The translations under genes and the position numbers were made by a program. The notes under the pieces were generated by a model, which saw only the letters and a program-made list of their open reading frames with translations, was not told the origin of the DNA and searched no databases. DNA of 64,000 bases from Nitrospira sp. (GTDB taxonomy: Bacteria; Nitrospirota; Nitrospiria; Nitrospirales; Nitrospiraceae): the NCBI GenBank assembly GCA_047150005.1, contig AP038806.1, forward strand, positions 1,632,001-1,696,000, written 5' to 3'. Below are positions 60,884-64,000 of the stretch, piece after piece; position 1 is the stretch's first letter; every line of letters starts with the position of its first letter.

Positions 60884-62239
60884 ATGGATGCTCATTCTCA
60901 TGTGCTCGTTGTGGACGACGACGAAGACACCAGAGGGCTGCTGCGCGAGATCCTTGCAAAAGAGGGCTACGACGTGGAAACCGCGTCGGACGGCAAGACG
61001 GCCCTGGAGCGAATCACGGATCGCCCGCCGGATCTCGTGATGTCGGACATCCACATGCCCAGTCTGGACGGCATGAGTTTGCTGGACGAGTTACGGAACC
61101 GGCACCAGGACGTGCCGGTCATTCTGATGACCGCATACGGCTCTCTGAAGACCGCCGTGGATGGGCTTCGGTCCGGCGCATTCGACTATCTCAGCAAGCC
61201 ATTTATCGTCGACGATATCCGATTGGTGGTTCGGCGCGCGTTGGAGCACAAGCATCTGTCACGCCAGAACGAGGCGCTTAAGGAGCAGCTGCGGGATCGC
61301 TACCGGTTCGACAACTTGATCGGCAGCAGCGCCGGGATCGTCTCGGTCTACAAGTCCATCGCCCGCGTGGCCCATACCGACAGTACCGTACTGCTCCAAG
61401 GGGAAAGCGGCACAGGCAAGGAATTGATCGCGCGGGCTGTCCATGCGAACAGCGCCAGGAGCGCCGGTCCGTTCGTCGCCGTCGACGGCGGGTCGTTGGC
61501 CGAAAGCCTGCTCGAATCCGAATTGTTCGGGCACGAGCGCGGGTCCTTCACCGGCGCGGTCGCTTCCAAGAAAGGGTTGCTGGAGAAGGCGCATCTGGGG
61601 ACCTGCTTTCTGGACGAAGTCGCCGACCTGTCTCCGGTCCTGCAGGGGAAGCTGTTGCGGGTGATCCAGGAACGGGAGATCCGGCGAGTCGGCAGCAACG
61701 CGCCGATGAACATCGACGTCCGCATCATCGCCGCGTCCAAGAAAGACCTCGATCAGTTGGTCAAGGTCGGCACGTTTCGGGAGGATCTGTATTACCGGCT
61801 CAACGTGGTCACGATTCAGATTCCACCGCTCCGCGAACGTGTGGAAGACATCCCGTTGCTGACTCAGTATTTCATTCAGATGTACGGTCAGAAGAAGTCC
61901 CCGCCGGTCACCGGCATCGCGCCGGAGGCCATGTTACTCTTGACCCGCTATTGGTGGCCGGGCAACATCCGGGAATTGGAGCACGCGGTCGAACGGGCTA
62001 TCGCCCTGACTCCGCAGTCCGTCATCTTCCCCGAGGATTTGCCGCAGACGATTCAGACCGCCACCGTGCAGGCGGCGGCGCAAGCGCGCGGTTGGGTGAC
62101 GCTGGCCGAGCTGGAGAAAGATCATATTCTCCGCGTGCTGGAGGCCCATAACCAGGACCTCGGCCGCGCCGCCGCCATTCTCGGTATCCACCGCAAGACG
62201 CTGCTCAGAAAATTACGCTATTTCGGCTATCCCTGCTGA
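60884..62239 (+). CDS. Sigma54-dependent response regulator (NtrC/AtoC family)
   Basis: REC (VVDDD, SDIHMP), GESGTGKE, GSFTGA, WPGNIREL, GIHRKTL. Confidence 0.95.
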   Translation: MDAHSHVLVVDDDEDTRGLLREILAKEGYDVETASDGKTALERITDRPPDLVMSDIHMPSLDGMSLLDELRNRHQDVPVILMTAYGSLKTAVDGLRSGAFDYLSKPFIVDDIRLVVRRALEHKHLSRQNEALKEQLRDRYRFDNLIGSSAGIVSVYKSIARVAHTDSTVLLQGESGTGKELIARAVHANSARSAGPFVAVDGGSLAESLLESELFGHERGSFTGAVASKKGLLEKAHLGTCFLDEVADLSPVLQGKLLRVIQEREIRRVGSNAPMNIDVRIIAASKKDLDQLVKVGTFREDLYYRLNVVTIQIPPLRERVEDIPLLTQYFIQMYGQKKSPPVTGIAPEAMLLLTRYWWPGNIRELEHAVERAIALTPQSVIFPEDLPQTIQTATVQAAAQARGWVTLAELEKDHILRVLEAHNQDLGRAAAILGIHRKTLLRKLRYFGYPC

Positions 62240-62330
62240 GGACAGATTGTCGTGCGGGGGACAGACCGTCCTCCCTGCAACAACGAATCGGAATGATTTT
62301 CCATCCGAATCCCAAGGCCCGATCCTTGCT
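62240..62330 (+). promoter_or_regulatory. Two candidate UAS palindromes plus sigma54 promoter
   Basis: GGACAGATTGTCG (62240), GGACAGACCGTCC (62259); AGGCCCGATCCTTGCT (62315-62330, GG-N10-GC). Confidence 0.6.
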
Positions 62331-62388
62331 CATTAACGATCCATGATGGGGTCGTAATCATTCATTCACTGTCGTTCATGCAGGAGGT

Positions 62389-62838
62389 GTGAAGGTGGAA
62401 GGGTATGGAAAACGAATCCTTGTCGTGGAGGACGATGCCGATGTGCGATTCATCCTCTCCGCAGTGCTGGAGGCGGCGGGGTTCAATGTGTATGAAGCGG
62501 GCGACGGGCTCGAGGCGGTCGAGTCGTTGAAGCGCCGGCGGTACGACGTCCTGCTGACGGACTACCGCATGCCCAGGATGGACGGGTTGGAACTGCTGGA
62601 CGTCGCTCGGGCGATGTGGCCGGATCTCCCCGTGATCGTGGTGACGGGCGACAGCGTATCGTTCAAGCAGCATGATCGTCTCAGTGCGGAAGCGTTCGCC
62701 CTGGTGGAGAAGCCCTTCGACCGCGATCATTTACTGAGCGTGGTCGCGGCTGCCGCATCCGAAGGAGCAGAGCACCCCGTTGTTCAACAGGATCGACCTC
62801 GTCCGGACGCCGCTCCGGCCTGGATGGCGGGGTACTGA
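62389..62838 (+). CDS. Single-domain response regulator
   Basis: ILVVEDD, LTDYRMPRMDG, VTG, EKPF; AGGAGG RBS. Confidence 0.9.
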   Translation: MKVEGYGKRILVVEDDADVRFILSAVLEAAGFNVYEAGDGLEAVESLKRRRYDVLLTDYRMPRMDGLELLDVARAMWPDLPVIVVTGDSVSFKQHDRLSAEAFALVEKPFDRDHLLSVVAAAASEGAEHPVVQQDRPRPDAAPAWMAGY

Positions 62839-63125
62839 TGGCACCGAAGATGGACGTCGCGCGCTCCGTCTCCCGGAGGCCTACAGAACGTCCACGTATC
62901 AAGTGGCTCGAAATCGCCTGCGGATGGGCGCTCGCCGTCCTACTGCAACTGGTGCTGCTGTTTTTAGGATTCCGCCTCGGCGTCGGCGCCATCGACTTGC
63001 GGGCCGCGGGCGAGGAATTGCAGCAGCAGATCGTAGCGGTGCTCGTTGCGGATCGGCCGGACCAGCGTGCCTTCGGGCAGGCGGCTGGGATCAACGGAGT
63101 CCAGGACCGAGTTGCGGAACCATGA
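62838..63125 (+). CDS. Hypothetical single-TM protein
   Basis: TGATG coupling to upstream gene; one clear hydrophobic helix. Confidence 0.5.
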   Translation: MAPKMDVARSVSRRPTERPRIKWLEIACGWALAVLLQLVLLFLGFRLGVGAIDLRAAGEELQQQIVAVLVADRPDQRAFGQAAGINGVQDRVAEP

Positions 63126-63777
63126 CACGCCCGCGCCGGCGCGGCGAGCGTCCTGCCTGATCCGGTGAGCGGGAAGAGCCGCCAGAGCACCTCGATCGGG
63201 AGCCAGGTGCTCGATCATGCGGGGCAGGTGGTGTTTTGGCTGGGTTTGGAGCACGCTCACGTGGCTGGTGTCGCTATTCAACAATGTGCCTCGATCCCCA
63301 TCCTCTGAATAGAAACGACTTGCGGAGTCGAGACTCGCTCGTCGCGAGCCGGCCGCCTGAGTGCGAGGCGACGTGCCGCGCAACCTGCAATCTGTGTTTC
63401 CCATTAGCCGAAGGCCGTCCGCTCCTCACGTGTCCGCAGATGGTAGAGGGTTGAACCGGCATTCCACCTCGCCCCGCAGCAAGACCGGGCTTCAGCGAGA
63501 CAGACTGTCGATCGCAGGACAGGATGTCGGCTTTCGGTCCGCTCACTAATGCACCGGCCCGGGTTTTCTTTTGTCACGTTCACTTCTCGAGCACCGCGGC
63601 CGGGTCTGTTCTTTGCAGATTTCAGATATCGAGGTCGGGCACGGGCCATCGGCGTCATCACCATGACGAAGTCATGCCGCCGATCGGAAACACCGACGGA
63701 AGGTGCTGAGCGTCCGCGCCGTCGCCGGCCGCTTCCGTGGTTGCCCGATCAATTGGCCATGGAAGGAGTTGAAGGTC

Positions 63778-64000
63778 ATGATTCGTGCCGTATTTTTGGA
63801 TCAAGGCGGGGTGCTCGAAAGTGAATGTGTCGGCGCCCGGCCGAGCCGTCTGATGTCTGATGTGTTCGAAGGGCTCCGTTTGCTGCAGCACGCCGGGTAT
63901 ACCGTCATCGTCGTCACGCACCAGATCGGCGTGGCAAAGGGAGTCCTGGGCGAATCGGATGTGCATCGAATAAAGGAGCACCTGGAAGCCCGCTTGATCG
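63778..64000 (+). CDS. HAD-IIIA / GmhB-like phosphatase (5' part; runs off window)
   Basis: Manual translation MIRAVFLDQGGVL..VFEGLRLLQHAGYTVIVVTHQIGVAKG; AAGGAG RBS. Confidence 0.7.
   Translation, partial: MIRAVFLDQGGVLESECVGARPSRLMSDVFEGLRLLQHAGYTVIVVTHQIGVAKGVLGESDVHRIKEHLEARLI

Noticed and set aside
63126..63777. Several overlapping short ORFs
   Set aside because: No motifs, clear RBS or consistent frame; treated as intergenic or decayed DNA.

Overview
GC-rich bacterial chromosome segment. The gene set and small Cys-rich orphan proteins look like Nitrospira, but this is from recognition, not a search. No rRNA, tRNA, CRISPR, phage gene or intact transposase was found. (1) 1-5.6 kb: osmC-like fragment, DUF2892 protein, acetate kinase, a NarX/NarL-type two-component pair, secreted DsrE and TlpA proteins, and a ccdA remnant. 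(2) 5.6-40.8 kb: every supported gene is on the minus strand. In transcription order: membrane-anchored trehalose-6-P synthase, phosphatase, small Cys-rich ORF, sigma54 two-component system, REC protein, PAS sigma54 activator, a 1645-aa MnxG-like multicopper oxidase (MCO), a cupredoxin-like partner, two non-canonical FGE-domain proteins, outer-membrane barrel, cytochrome c, sulfide:quinone oxidoreductase, TauE, DUF2892, RND pump, HlyD/ABC exporter, FtsH and a CopD-like protein. (3) 40.8-64 kb: GH15, Pal-like lipoprotein, glgX, stress proteins and a dense set of NarL-type and sigma54 regulators. Highlights: an apparent two-tier sigma54 cascade driving the MCO module; a strongly structured RNA leader starting at the predicted MCO transcription start; two diverged copies of a MITE; heptamer-periodic inverted elements, one in frame inside the RND gene; and a candidate arrest peptide ending FHPP.
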